64,000 nt of DNA from Candidatus Kapaibacterium sp. (lineage in GTDB: Bacteria > Bacteroidota > Ignavibacteria > Kapaibacteriales > UBA2268). A program made the position numbers and the translations under genes. The stretch is taken from positions 1,408,001 through 1,472,000 of the forward strand of contig OY761611.1 of NCBI GenBank assembly GCA_963664875.1, in the 5' to 3' direction. Below are positions 41,358 through 51,584 of this stretch, piece after piece (the stretch's first letter is position 1; every line of letters starts with the position of its first letter). The notes beneath the pieces were generated by a model. That model ran no database searches. It had not been told where the DNA came from and worked only from the letters and a program-made list of their open reading frames with translations.

Positions 41358-42434
41358 ATGAAATATGAAAAGTTAAAAAGACTCGCTACTGAGCGAAGCT
41401 ATCCATGTGTTACTATTTCAATGAATACACATAGAACACATCCCGATAATTCTAAAGATATTGTCGGGCTAAAAAACCATTTGTCAGAAGCAAAAAACCG
41501 AGTTATTCAAGAATTTGGAAAGCGGAATGTGATTGATTTACTTGAGAAAATAGAAAGCATAAGCAGTGAAATAGACCATAACTATAACCTAAATAGTTTG
41601 CATATATTTCTTTCGAAAAAAAGCAAAGAAATTGTCAGGTCACCTTTGAATATTCAGAATCATTCAGTCCATATATCGAATAGCTTTGCAATCAAACCAT
41701 TGATAAAAGCAATCAATCAAACTCAAGAATACTATATTCTTTTATTATCTCAATCAAGGGTTAAATTGCTTTACGCTATCAACGATGCTGCTTTGCTAGA
41801 AATATCAGATGATGATTTTCCACTTTCAGAAAACCTTCATTATATTTCAGATAAAAATAAATTAAGTGACGGGAAGCAAGTTGATAATATGGTACGTGAG
41901 TTTTTCAATAAGGTTGACAAAGCTATGGTGAAAATAACTAATAGGACAGGATGTATTTGTATTGTGATTGGCACCGAAGACAATTGCAGCCGGCTCTTGC
42001 AGGTTGCAGACAAACCATCGATATACTCCGGCTTTTCAGATATAAATTATAATGACTCTAGCGACCAGAGTTTAGCAGCACAAGCATGGCTTCTTGTAAA
42101 GGAATTGCACCATCAGTCAATTTGTAAGGCAGTCATTGAAATGAAGGATGCAATAGGCAAAGGAATCGCTATCACAAATTTATCTAATATATACAAGGCT
42201 GTAAAAGAAGGTAGAGGAGACCTGTTAATTACTCATAATAACTACTCTCAGGCTGTAAAAATGACAAACGGATTTTCATTTGAACCAACAAAGGACAATA
42301 CACAACCAGGAGTAATAGATGATATTATAAGTGAAATTGCCTGGGAAGTAATAGCTAGAGATGGGCGTGCCATATTTGTAGATCAAGATGATATTCTGAC
42401 ATTGAGTAATATATCATTGAAATTGCGATACTAA
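41358..42434 (+). CDS. baeRF3-family (bacterial archaeo-eukaryotic release factor-like) protein
   Basis: PCVTISMNTHRTHPDN..D, FAIKPL, REFFNKVDKA, A.KEGRGDLL, IDDI..IAWEVI..G, terminal LRY. Confidence 0.75.
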   Translation: MKYEKLKRLATERSYPCVTISMNTHRTHPDNSKDIVGLKNHLSEAKNRVIQEFGKRNVIDLLEKIESISSEIDHNYNLNSLHIFLSKKSKEIVRSPLNIQNHSVHISNSFAIKPLIKAINQTQEYYILLLSQSRVKLLYAINDAALLEISDDDFPLSENLHYISDKNKLSDGKQVDNMVREFFNKVDKAMVKITNRTGCICIVIGTEDNCSRLLQVADKPSIYSGFSDINYNDSSDQSLAAQAWLLVKELHHQSICKAVIEMKDAIGKGIAITNLSNIYKAVKEGRGDLLITHNNYSQAVKMTNGFSFEPTKDNTQPGVIDDIISEIAWEVIARDGRAIFVDQDDILTLSNISLKLRY

Positions 42435-42681
42435 TCCTTTTAGTTAAGAACTTGTATAGCAAATCTTCGTCGTATCTGAATTCATAAAGAATATCTATAA
42501 AACCTATCTCTGTAAAACTTGACATACAGGCAATATTACATTGAAAATATTATACTCTCTAAATTACAAGTAATAAATGCAACTTTGAGGTAAGACGTTA
42601 TCAAGGAAAAGCATATATTTTGTCAAAACAAGAGGGTTGCAATCGCACATAATCAAATAAAAGTTTAATTCTATAAACAAG

Positions 42682-43338
42682 GTGAAAATCGTGAAATATT
42701 CAAAACAATCACTTATGATTCTCTGTATGGGCTTTATAATTGCGACCATATTAACTGTAGGTTGCTCATCTACCGGGATGGAAAGATCTGAAAAGACATC
42801 TACAACTATGGAAGATATGGATAACGATCTAAAAATTGTTATCGCACAATTAAACATTACAGGCTCTTCCCTCGGAGCTCTAATGAGACCAAATCAACAA
42901 GAGATAAAAAAAACATTTGTTGCATTCTCAGAGAATGTTTCACAAATGGAAAATAAAGAAAAAGACTTCATTAAGCATGCTGAAGCAATGAAAAACCGAG
43001 GAAAAGAATACTTTACTGAATGGGAAAAAGAAGGTAATGAATATAAAAATCCGCAAATACAAGCGCTCAGCGAACAGAGGCGAGACGAACTAGGGACAAT
43101 TTATAATGAAATCGCTGCGAGTAGTATAGGAGTAAAAGAAGCATATAGAATTTACTTATCAGATATAAAAGAATTGCAAATTTATCTTTCAAATGACCTT
43201 ACCTCAAAAGGAATAGAAATGATTGTACCTGTTTCAAAAAAAGTAGTCAGCGATGGGGAGAATCTAAAATATTCCTTGATAGTACTTCAAAGAGCAATTG
43301 ACAAAGCCAGAGAAGAAATGTCTCAAAGTGGCAGATAA
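42682..43338 (+). CDS. Coiled-coil lipoprotein (DUF2959-like)
   Basis: Lipobox TVGC; YFTEWEKE, SEQRR, YLSNDLT..GI. Confidence 0.7.
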   Translation: MKIVKYSKQSLMILCMGFIIATILTVGCSSTGMERSEKTSTTMEDMDNDLKIVIAQLNITGSSLGALMRPNQQEIKKTFVAFSENVSQMENKEKDFIKHAEAMKNRGKEYFTEWEKEGNEYKNPQIQALSEQRRDELGTIYNEIAASSIGVKEAYRIYLSDIKELQIYLSNDLTSKGIEMIVPVSKKVVSDGENLKYSLIVLQRAIDKAREEMSQSGR

Positions 43339-43451
43339 TATGTAGTGTACAATAACCTCTTTCTCTAATATTGGTAGTGTAAATTAAACTCTGTCTGTTT
43401 TATTTCTATAGAAGAAAACTCTGGGATGTGATTGTTAGAGATTCAACTTAT

Positions 43452-43592
43452 TAAAAGCATCTGCATCTTTTACTGAAGCATCTCCAAATTTCAAAACTTT
43501 TAGACTAAGATTCATAATCTTTACAAAATATTATAACAAATACGTTTAAACAAATGTATATCTTAGACTTGACTAATAAAAGAGATATTTTG
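43452..43592. repeat. Direct repeat copy A with truncated lysC 5' remnant
   Basis: Minus strand from ATG 43515 reads MNLSLKVLKFGDASVKDADAFNKLNL*, versus LysC MNLSLNVLKFGGTSVKDAIAFRKL. Confidence 0.92.
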
Positions 43593-43698
43593 TAATTTTG
43601 TGAATGATTATAGACACGATCTTTGCTATTTCCCAAAAAAAAGCTGCCAAGCATAAAGCCCGGCAGCCTTTTTATAATGCAATTATTTATAAAAGCTA

Positions 43699-44820
43699 TC
43701 AAGCTTTTGCAAGTTTATTGACTAATGAAAATTTTGCAGCTAATTCAGCAAGATTATATTCTTCAATCAGTTCGTCGAATATCTCTTTCACTGATTGCAA
43801 TTTTGTGGCTTTGTAGGCATTCGCTCCTGCAAAAGCAAACCCGTCGTTCATAATGCCTTTAGCTGATTTAAATAAAGTTTCAGCGATGCAATACTGAATA
43901 TTCCTAAAATCACAATTTTTGAGACATTGCCAGGAACATTTGAAAGGTTTTATTTCTCCGTCTAATAGGCGAGCAACATATTCATTTTTAATTACTCTCC
44001 CCGGCAAACCAACCGGGCTATTAATTATCATAATATCTTCTTTTTTACAGTTGATGTATGCCTCTTTGAAGCCCAATGCAGCGTCACACTCGTGACTTGT
44101 GACAAACTTTGTGCCCATCTTAACTGCACTTGCTCCGTGCTGAATGATTTCGTAAATATCGCTTCCTGAATAAATCCCACCTGCTGCTATCACAGGAATA
44201 TCTCTACCGAATCGTTCGATATAAGGTTGCACCTCTTTTACACAATCTTCGATGATAGATGACAGTGTAATATCGGGATTATCCAAATCTTTCCTTTTGA
44301 AGCCGAGATGCCCTCCTGCAAGTGGACCTTCGACCACAAATGCGTCCGGAATATAATTATACTTTTCAGACCAATATTTCAGAATAACTCTTATAGCTTT
44401 AGCAGAAGATACTTTCGGAACAAACTTCGTCTTTATATTTTGAAAACCCTTAGATAGGATTTTCTCTGACATATTCAATGGTAGCCCGGCACCCATAAAT
44501 ATTACATCTATACCTTCGGCTATTGCCGTATTAATCAATTCTTCAGAATCGTTTGCAGCCAACATTATATTCACACCAAGCACGCCATCAGTCATTTTTC
44601 TAGCATTTCTGATTTCACGTTTTAGGGCAATTTGATTGGACTCTTTTATATTTTTAGCATAATTCGGTTCGGTCATCCCTATACTTACTGCTGATATTAC
44701 TCCAATCCCCCCTTGATTGGCGACAGCAGAAGCAAGACGAGAAAGGGAAATAGCAACACCCATTCCGCCTTGAATTATAGGTAATTTGATACGCAAATCG
44801 CCAATTTTAAACTCTTTCAT
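43699..44820 (-). CDS. Nitronate monooxygenase-family flavoprotein, FabX-like (Cys cluster)
   Basis: PIIQGGMG, GAGLP, EGPLAGGHLG, SPVGLPGR, C-x3-C-x3-C-x7-C, FAGAN. Confidence 0.85.
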   Translation of the reverse strand: MKEFKIGDLRIKLPIIQGGMGVAISLSRLASAVANQGGIGVISAVSIGMTEPNYAKNIKESNQIALKREIRNARKMTDGVLGVNIMLAANDSEELINTAIAEGIDVIFMGAGLPLNMSEKILSKGFQNIKTKFVPKVSSAKAIRVILKYWSEKYNYIPDAFVVEGPLAGGHLGFKRKDLDNPDITLSSIIEDCVKEVQPYIERFGRDIPVIAAGGIYSGSDIYEIIQHGASAVKMGTKFVTSHECDAALGFKEAYINCKKEDIMIINSPVGLPGRVIKNEYVARLLDGEIKPFKCSWQCLKNCDFRNIQYCIAETLFKSAKGIMNDGFAFAGANAYKATKLQSVKEIFDELIEEYNLAELAAKFSLVNKLAKA

Positions 44821-45074
44821 ATCTTCTTTCCACTTAAACAATAGATTAGCAAACTTAACCAATTATTTCTACGTAACGGCAATCAATTTCGAATAAAAAT
44901 TTACTTTTTGAGAATTGAACGCCTTTTCGATGATTATTAGGCATTATTCCACACTATTGAACTAATATTTGCACTAACGACGAAGCCACTTTTTTCTTTG
45001 TTCAAATAAATTATTGCTATGGACTTTTCTATGCTTATATTAGATATGTAAATTAAAATAATCAGGCGGTATAT

Positions 45075-48000
45075 ATGAAATCTTTCTATACATCTTTAAT
45101 TGCACTTTTCTTATTCCTTAGCAGCAATGCTATTTTTGCTCAGAACAGTCCTGACTTTTTCAAAACTATACCGGTCATTGATGAAAATACTCCGGAATGG
45201 GCAAAGCTAATGTATTCTGATAATCCTAATGTACCAAAAGTTGAGAATTTGTATAAAGAATACTACAAAACGCATAAGTTTGTAAAAAATGTGCATACTC
45301 AAAATCACAAACATTGGCTCCGCATAGTAGAACCTCTTTTAGATAGTGATGGCTATATAAAACAAAAAAGCAGAAAAGAAGAAAACTTAGACCAGCAGAG
45401 ACTAAAGGACAGATTTCGTGAAAATACATTAAGTAGTGTCGGTAAAGCCTCCGGTTGGAGGGCAATGGGGCCATTTGAAACATTTAAAAAAAATACAACT
45501 TTGCCTATTTCCTGGCATAAAAATATTTATGCTATTGACCAATCCCTGTCTAATCCCAATATTCTTATCTGCGGCACTGAAGCCGGAGGGGTTTACAAAT
45601 CTATAGATAAGGCTGCCAACTGGGTTCTTATTTCAAAAGGCGAAGTATTTGCCGGTGGTAATTCCGCTGTAAAAATTCACCCTACCAATCCTTATAATTT
45701 CCTTGTTGCTTCCAACAGAAGAATATACCAATCCTTAGATGGTGGAGCAACATGGCAGGAACGTCATTATACCAATGGCGAAGGAAATGAATTCCAATAC
45801 TCCCCTGCTGATTCGAAAACAATCTTCCATACTTCAACTTCGGGTTTATTCAAAACCACAGATGGAGGAGGCACTTGGGAAAAGATTTTTTCAGAAAAGT
45901 GCTGGGATATTGACTTCCACCCTACAAACAACAATACTGCATATCTACTAAAAGCAAACGAACAGGCAAAAAGAAATGAATTTTTCAGAAGTACAGACGG
46001 TGGCAGTACCTGGGCTATACAGGATAATGGATTTTATGAACCTTCAGATTGGAATAATGCATCTAATTCCGGTGGCAAAATCGCTGTAACTCCTGCCTCT
46101 CCGGATCTTGTTTATGTTTGTCTGATAGGTAATTCCAAAGCAGATGACGATGGCTGGATTGGTGTTTACCGTAGCACTGACAAAGGTGAAAATTGGGTAA
46201 ATCCCGCAGGTCAAAACGGTGGCCCGTATGGAGCGATAAACTCACAAACTTCTGTTTGGAATGTCGCTGCTTATGACGGTGGTTATCATCAGGGCTTTTT
46301 CAATTTTGACTTAGAAGCCAGCAGTATAGACCCTAATAAAATATGGGTTGCTACAATTCGCCTTTCCGAATCGACAGACGGAGGGAAAACATTTACTTCT
46401 ATTGGTGCGGCAAACTCACAGCGCCTGTCGGATATTCATGCAGACGTGCAGGATATTGAAGTAAACGGCAATGATATTTGGGTCGCGTCCGATGGTGGTG
46501 TAAATTATTCAAACGATGAACTAAACTCCCACGTAGCTCTCAATAAAGGCATATTAGCCGCAGATTTTTGGGGTTTTAATACAGGTTGGAACGAAGACAC
46601 TTTTACCGGAGGCAAATACCACGACGGCACAAGTGGCTGGTACGAAGGTTACGGAACCGGAAATGCTTATAATATCGGTGGAGTCGAAGAAGCATCAGGC
46701 TATGTACACCCTATAGAAAGTAGAAAAATGCTTTTTAGAACACACTACAATAGTTCGAATACCACTGTGCTCACTATACCCGAAAAATTTGGTGAAACAA
46801 TAAAAAACAATCCTACTTTTCCTATCAGACCAAATGAATCATATAATACTGCTGAACGTAGTGGCGTTTATTTCGATCCGAGATATTCCAATCATATTTA
46901 TGTAGGTCTCGAAAATAAAGTTTATAAATCAACTGACGGCGGTGTCAATTTTGAAATATTATATTCTTTTCCGGGTGATGACGGTTTAGTGTATGAAATG
47001 GAAATCGCACGCAGCAATCCGGATGTAATATATGCTATTTATAATCCTAAAGGTACATATTGGGATCCTTGTGAAGTATGGAAAACTACAGACGCAGGCA
47101 AAAGCTGGAAGAAAACAGAAACAAACCCTGCGGGCAATAACAAACGTCTGCGTATCACTATCAATCCTGAAGATGAAAATGACATCTGGACCTGCACTCC
47201 GAGAGGAGAAGACGACGGCAGAGTAAGCTCTTCAAGTGATGGTGGCAAAACTTGGATTAATAGAACAACAAGCGTTTTGGACAAAGAAAATTTAAGAGAT
47301 ATCCTTTATCAGGGCGGAACTGATGACATAGTTTATTTAGTATCTCTAAATGGCGTTTACTATTGGGATAAAACTTCTGCAAACTGGATAGATTATTCTC
47401 AAGACTTACCTCTGATTGCAAACTCTCTGCAGATAAACCCGTTTTACAGAGATTCAGAATTACGACTTGCTTCAAGCGGCAGAGGCGTATGGGCTAGAAA
47501 AATGGTTGATACATTATTCAATCCGATAGCTCAGCCTATTACATATAATGATCTAATCGACTGTGCAAGAGATACTGTAAAATTTGACTGTTATTCTATA
47601 CTCAATCATGATGGCGCTAAATGGCAGTGGTCATTTTCTCCTGAACCTTTATATGTAAGCTCAAGCTCTGCAAGAAACCCAAAAGTTGTTTTTGGTGCCG
47701 AAGGACCTTATGACGTTAGCCTAACTGTTAAAGACAAACAAGGCAGATCAAGTACAAAAACTATTGAAAACATGATTACTGTTCGCAACCTCTGCGAACC
47801 TGATGATTTGGCAGGAAATGCTCTTAAGCTTTCAAAAGACGGCGATTACTTCGTATCTCCTGAACTAAACTTATCGAATATAACTCATTTCACAGCCACT
47901 GCCTGGATAAAACCAAACGGAGAGCAGGAGGGCTTTGCGGGCATAGTATCTAATGGCGAATGGTGCGCTCATTGCGACACACCAATCGGACTTATATTTG

Positions 48001-49511
48001 ATTATTATGGTGAAAAGCTATATTACAGATGGCCAAACGGTTCAGGTTGGGCAGGTAATAGCGGCATGACAGTCCCTTTAGACAAATGGTCTTTTGTTGC
48101 AATAACTGTTACTCCTGATTCAGTAACTCTATATCTGAATAATCAGCAGTGGGTTTCCAAAGTTTCTCTCAATCCGGTTGATTTGCCTCTTTTATACATT
48201 GGTGCGGGGCATTATTCAAGCTATTTCAAAGGGAACATAGACGAAGTTACAATCTGGAATCGTGCTCTCTCTCAATCTGAAATCAGAAACCTGAAACATC
48301 TTACTAAAAAAGATATAGTTGCAGACGACCCCGGCTTAGTAGCTTATTACCAATTTAATACTTTCTCCGGAGATGCCACTTATGACAATGCTCGCGGCAA
48401 TCATGGCTGGCTTTCAGGTGGTGCATCATTAGAGAATTCGACTGCTCCTGTCGGTCCCGGGACAAGCGAACTAATCACAATAGACAAAGCCGGTACTTTT
48501 ACATCAGAAACAACCGGAGTTGAGATTGAATTTGCTGATTCTAATCCGCAGGGAGATATAGTTATATCAAGATTGAATGTATTGCCGGATAGTCTTCCTA
48601 ACACAAATCCTTCTATCAGAAATTATTGGATAATCAATAACTACGGTAGCGGAGATTTTGATGCTATAAAAAATATCAAATTTGCATCCTCTGCCGGTTA
48701 TCCAATTGGCACACCTGCAGATGCAAAGCTTTTTGTTAGAGACGAATATGAACATTTGAACAGCTGGGATGATTTATGTGGTGCGAGTAACTACGACGAT
48801 AATACTTACCACTATAGAGACTTTTGTGGCTTAACTAATACTCATCAATTCTTTATCCAGTCACGAAATCAGTCGGACATACATAAATGGTTTGCGGTGC
48901 AGAATATTGATACTACAATTTGCTCTTATGAAAGTATTTTTCTTGCCGGCGAGTGGCGAGACACACCGGGAGTCTATATCGACACCGTAAATATTTCTCC
49001 GGCTCTCGATAGCGTATATATTACTTCGCTCACAATCGCCGAGGTGGATACGACTGTAACACTCGAAGAAGCTACATTAACTGCACACGCTACAAAAGCA
49101 GAATACCAATGGATAGACTGCTCAACTATGCAGCCTATTCCGAGCGCAACTGCAAATACTTTCACCGCAGAAGCTGACGGAAACTATGCGGTTGAAGTTA
49201 TTCAATATGGCTGTGCAGATACTTCTTCCTGCTATGCGGTAAACGTATCGGGAGTGTTAGAGAGCAATTTTAATTATAAAATCAGTCTCTTCCCTAATCC
49301 GACTGATGGAAAAATCAGCATTGATTTAAGCATTCCATATCAAAATATCGAATGTAAAATTTACAATGCGACAGGACAACTAATAGACACCGAAGCATTC
49401 AGTAACATAAGCCAAATTAATTACACACTCGAAGGAGCTACGGGCTACTATCTCATAGAAATTAGCAGCTCGGATGGTAAGAAAGCTGTTTTGAAGGTGC
49501 TGAAGAAGTAA
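45075..49511 (+). CDS. Large T9SS-sorted protein: VPS10/BNR (Asp-box) propellers, PKD, LamG, CTD
   Basis: Signal peptide; many S/TxDGGxTW boxes; YDVSLTV PKD; FKGNIDEVTIWNRALS LamG; LFPNPT CTD. Confidence 0.88.
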   Translation: MKSFYTSLIALFLFLSSNAIFAQNSPDFFKTIPVIDENTPEWAKLMYSDNPNVPKVENLYKEYYKTHKFVKNVHTQNHKHWLRIVEPLLDSDGYIKQKSRKEENLDQQRLKDRFRENTLSSVGKASGWRAMGPFETFKKNTTLPISWHKNIYAIDQSLSNPNILICGTEAGGVYKSIDKAANWVLISKGEVFAGGNSAVKIHPTNPYNFLVASNRRIYQSLDGGATWQERHYTNGEGNEFQYSPADSKTIFHTSTSGLFKTTDGGGTWEKIFSEKCWDIDFHPTNNNTAYLLKANEQAKRNEFFRSTDGGSTWAIQDNGFYEPSDWNNASNSGGKIAVTPASPDLVYVCLIGNSKADDDGWIGVYRSTDKGENWVNPAGQNGGPYGAINSQTSVWNVAAYDGGYHQGFFNFDLEASSIDPNKIWVATIRLSESTDGGKTFTSIGAANSQRLSDIHADVQDIEVNGNDIWVASDGGVNYSNDELNSHVALNKGILAADFWGFNTGWNEDTFTGGKYHDGTSGWYEGYGTGNAYNIGGVEEASGYVHPIESRKMLFRTHYNSSNTTVLTIPEKFGETIKNNPTFPIRPNESYNTAERSGVYFDPRYSNHIYVGLENKVYKSTDGGVNFEILYSFPGDDGLVYEMEIARSNPDVIYAIYNPKGTYWDPCEVWKTTDAGKSWKKTETNPAGNNKRLRITINPEDENDIWTCTPRGEDDGRVSSSSDGGKTWINRTTSVLDKENLRDILYQGGTDDIVYLVSLNGVYYWDKTSANWIDYSQDLPLIANSLQINPFYRDSELRLASSGRGVWARKMVDTLFNPIAQPITYNDLIDCARDTVKFDCYSILNHDGAKWQWSFSPEPLYVSSSSARNPKVVFGAEGPYDVSLTVKDKQGRSSTKTIENMITVRNLCEPDDLAGNALKLSKDGDYFVSPELNLSNITHFTATAWIKPNGEQEGFAGIVSNGEWCAHCDTPIGLIFDYYGEKLYYRWPNGSGWAGNSGMTVPLDKWSFVAITVTPDSVTLYLNNQQWVSKVSLNPVDLPLLYIGAGHYSSYFKGNIDEVTIWNRALSQSEIRNLKHLTKKDIVADDPGLVAYYQFNTFSGDATYDNARGNHGWLSGGASLENSTAPVGPGTSELITIDKAGTFTSETTGVEIEFADSNPQGDIVISRLNVLPDSLPNTNPSIRNYWIINNYGSGDFDAIKNIKFASSAGYPIGTPADAKLFVRDEYEHLNSWDDLCGASNYDDNTYHYRDFCGLTNTHQFFIQSRNQSDIHKWFAVQNIDTTICSYESIFLAGEWRDTPGVYIDTVNISPALDSVYITSLTIAEVDTTVTLEEATLTAHATKAEYQWIDCSTMQPIPSATANTFTAEADGNYAVEVIQYGCADTSSCYAVNVSGVLESNFNYKISLFPNPTDGKISIDLSIPYQNIECKIYNATGQLIDTEAFSNISQINYTLEGATGYYLIEISSSDGKKAVLKVLKK

Positions 49512-49568
49512 AAATATATATTTTATAGCAAAGCTGCTTAGGAATTGTTTCCTGAGCAGCTTTGTTTT
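49434..49568 (+). repeat. Direct repeat copy 1 (last 26 codons of T9SS gene + terminator)
   Basis: Matches 51507-51644; coding part 68/78 nt; both carry the CAAAGCTGCTTAG...CTGAG(C/T)AGCTTTG hairpin. Confidence 0.92.
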
Positions 49569-49615
49569 TTAAGAATTTGGTTTCCCACCCATACACCACT
49601 TGCAGAACGTAAACT

Positions 49616-49843
49616 CTATTTTACAACAGAAATTCCGCTTAATGTCGGAATAACAGACAGTATGTGTTTGTCTCCTTTTCTGTCAACTTCAATTTTTATA
49701 ATTGGTGTTTCGCTATCTGAAGTCTCAATAGTTTCGATTTTGGGTTTAAAGCATCTATCTATTTTATATAACTTTTGTTTAGTTGATTCCATATAAAGGT
49801 AATTTAGAAATTCTTGGTGGAAGATCAGTTTAAGAAACTGCAT
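49616..49843 (-). CDS. Small hypothetical ORF or gene remnant
   Basis: 75-aa ORF directly after the 464-aa gene; no recognisable motif. Confidence 0.3.
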   Translation of the reverse strand: MQFLKLIFHQEFLNYLYMESTKQKLYKIDRCFKPKIETIETSDSETPIIKIEVDRKGDKHILSVIPTLSGISVVK

Positions 49844-49871
49844 CTGTTTATAAATGCTGTATCGTTATGCT

Positions 49872-51266
49872 CTACTCAATGCCTATCCCATGTTTCTCTA
49901 ACAGCTCTCGGATACTTTCAGACCAGGTGCCACTATCCCAAATGCTTTTTCTTTGTTGCATTATTTCTTTTAAGCTAATGTTTGTTTCTGAGTATTTAAA
50001 AGACAATAGAGTATTAGCAATATGAAAAATATCATATTTAGTAGTATTTACTCGCAATCTGCTCAGTAAATTATCAGTTGTCTTCGAAAGATGATTCGAC
50101 TCTATGCAGTCAAGAAATGGTTTAAGTTCAAGAAAATCAGCCGATAATACATTTTTATTACAAATTGTAATTAGCTTTTCAGCATCATGAATTGCGATAG
50201 TTTGAAGCATCAAAGGAAGGATTAATTCATCTGTTCCATAATTATAGTCAATTTCAATTAGATTGAATTTATCATCAGAAAGTAGCCCCTTCACAAATGA
50301 CTCAGATGCCTTTTCTGGATTCTGAGCAATAAATTTTTGAGTTATTGTGTAATCAATTGTCTTTTTTTCTTCCCAAATTTTTAAGATCATATCTTTGTAT
50401 AAAGGGCAGTAATTTTTGATTAGAGCTTTGTCTAAGTTTGTTATTTGTTCTAATGTGCAACTATGGTAAATTTCAGATAAGACATTTAAAGCGGCAGTAT
50501 CCTGGAAGCTAGACAGAGCTATAAAATAATCTAGAGATTTTTCTTCTGATTTGAAGCTTAATAAAAAATTCCAAAAACCTTCATCAGGAAAATATGATAT
50601 CGCTTCAAAAGATTCTTTTCCTTGTGATATAAAAAATGGAATATCTTCTTTATTTCTATACTTAGCTAAAGCTATCAGAGGATTAGTATTCCATTCTACT
50701 TCGGCAAGTTTTTTTATTCTGTCATAAGTTTTTGGATTTGCTTTGTTATTCTCCAATGCATATATCATGACAAATACATCTTTATCAGAATAAAGTAAGA
50801 GACTGTCCATTTTAGCAATTTGAGATTGAAAAAATATGCTGTCTTGATCTGTAATTTCAAATAAGTGCCCCTGAGATTGAATTCTAAAGTATAGTGTGCT
50901 TGCAATATGAAAATCACCACCTATACATACCCGTTGGTAATGTACCATCTCATCAGTTGCTAAAAATTCAGCAAAAATATCACTTAAAAATGGATATTTC
51001 CTATCTGCAAGAGCCCAGCCTGCGTATGCTTTAACCACGGAATTTGTATTTTTAAGTAATGTCTTTAGTTCTTCAATAGAAGCAGAATCTCTTAGTTTCT
51101 CATAATGTTTATATTGTTCAGAAGGTGACCCCATGTCTACAGTTTCATATTGCAATTCGTTACATTTTGCAATTGTATCTATTTGGTTTTGTATCTCAGG
51201 TCTAATTCTCTTCGCAAAAGCAGTCGAAGTATAGAGCATCAATAGGATTATCAAAATTGGCTTCAT
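49872..51266 (-). CDS. Secreted alpha-helical (HEAT-like) hypothetical protein, paralog of 55577-56977
   Basis: Signal peptide; shared blocks LRD.ASIEEL, VKAYA.WAL.D, LDKALI.NYC.LY.D.ILKIWEE.KTID. Confidence 0.8.
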   Translation of the reverse strand: MKPILIILLMLYTSTAFAKRIRPEIQNQIDTIAKCNELQYETVDMGSPSEQYKHYEKLRDSASIEELKTLLKNTNSVVKAYAGWALADRKYPFLSDIFAEFLATDEMVHYQRVCIGGDFHIASTLYFRIQSQGHLFEITDQDSIFFQSQIAKMDSLLLYSDKDVFVMIYALENNKANPKTYDRIKKLAEVEWNTNPLIALAKYRNKEDIPFFISQGKESFEAISYFPDEGFWNFLLSFKSEEKSLDYFIALSSFQDTAALNVLSEIYHSCTLEQITNLDKALIKNYCPLYKDMILKIWEEKKTIDYTITQKFIAQNPEKASESFVKGLLSDDKFNLIEIDYNYGTDELILPLMLQTIAIHDAEKLITICNKNVLSADFLELKPFLDCIESNHLSKTTDNLLSRLRVNTTKYDIFHIANTLLSFKYSETNISLKEIMQQRKSIWDSGTWSESIRELLEKHGIGIE

Positions 51267-51404
51267 ATATCAGTTATATATTTTCTAAATCACTTTTAAA
51301 TATAAAACAATATAACAAACTTGTAATAAATATGAAGACAAAATTCTATAAAGTTTGTTCAAATAATCCTATATTCCATAAACACTTTAAAAGAGGACGT
51401 TATC

Positions 51405-51584
51405 ATGGCTATGTATATAGACGGCTTCGCTTTCCCTATTCCTAAAGCTCATTTAGATGAATACAAAGAGGTGGTGGATAAAGTTGCCGAAATCTGGAAA
51501 GAATATGGCGCAACTGGCTACTATCTCATTGAAATTAGCAGTTCAAACGGCAAGAATGCTGTTTTGAAGGTGCTGAAGAAGTAA
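51405..51584 (+). pseudogene. 59-aa chimeric ORF: DUF1428-like N-terminus fused to T9SS CTD tail
   Basis: MAMYIDGFAFPIPKAHLDEYKEVVDKVAEIWKEYGA|TGYYLIEISSSNGKNAVLKVLKK*; AGAGGA SD; just under ORF-track length cutoff. Confidence 0.75.

Larger units (their letters stand above)
38267..43451. mobile_element. Probable acquired islet between lysC direct repeats (no integrase seen)
   Basis: Five co-oriented accessory genes bounded by 141-bp direct repeats 5326 bp apart. Confidence 0.6.

Noticed and set aside
38126-43592. Islet period (5326 bp) close to the rRNA repeat period (5386 bp)
   Set aside because: No sequence relationship; treated as coincidence
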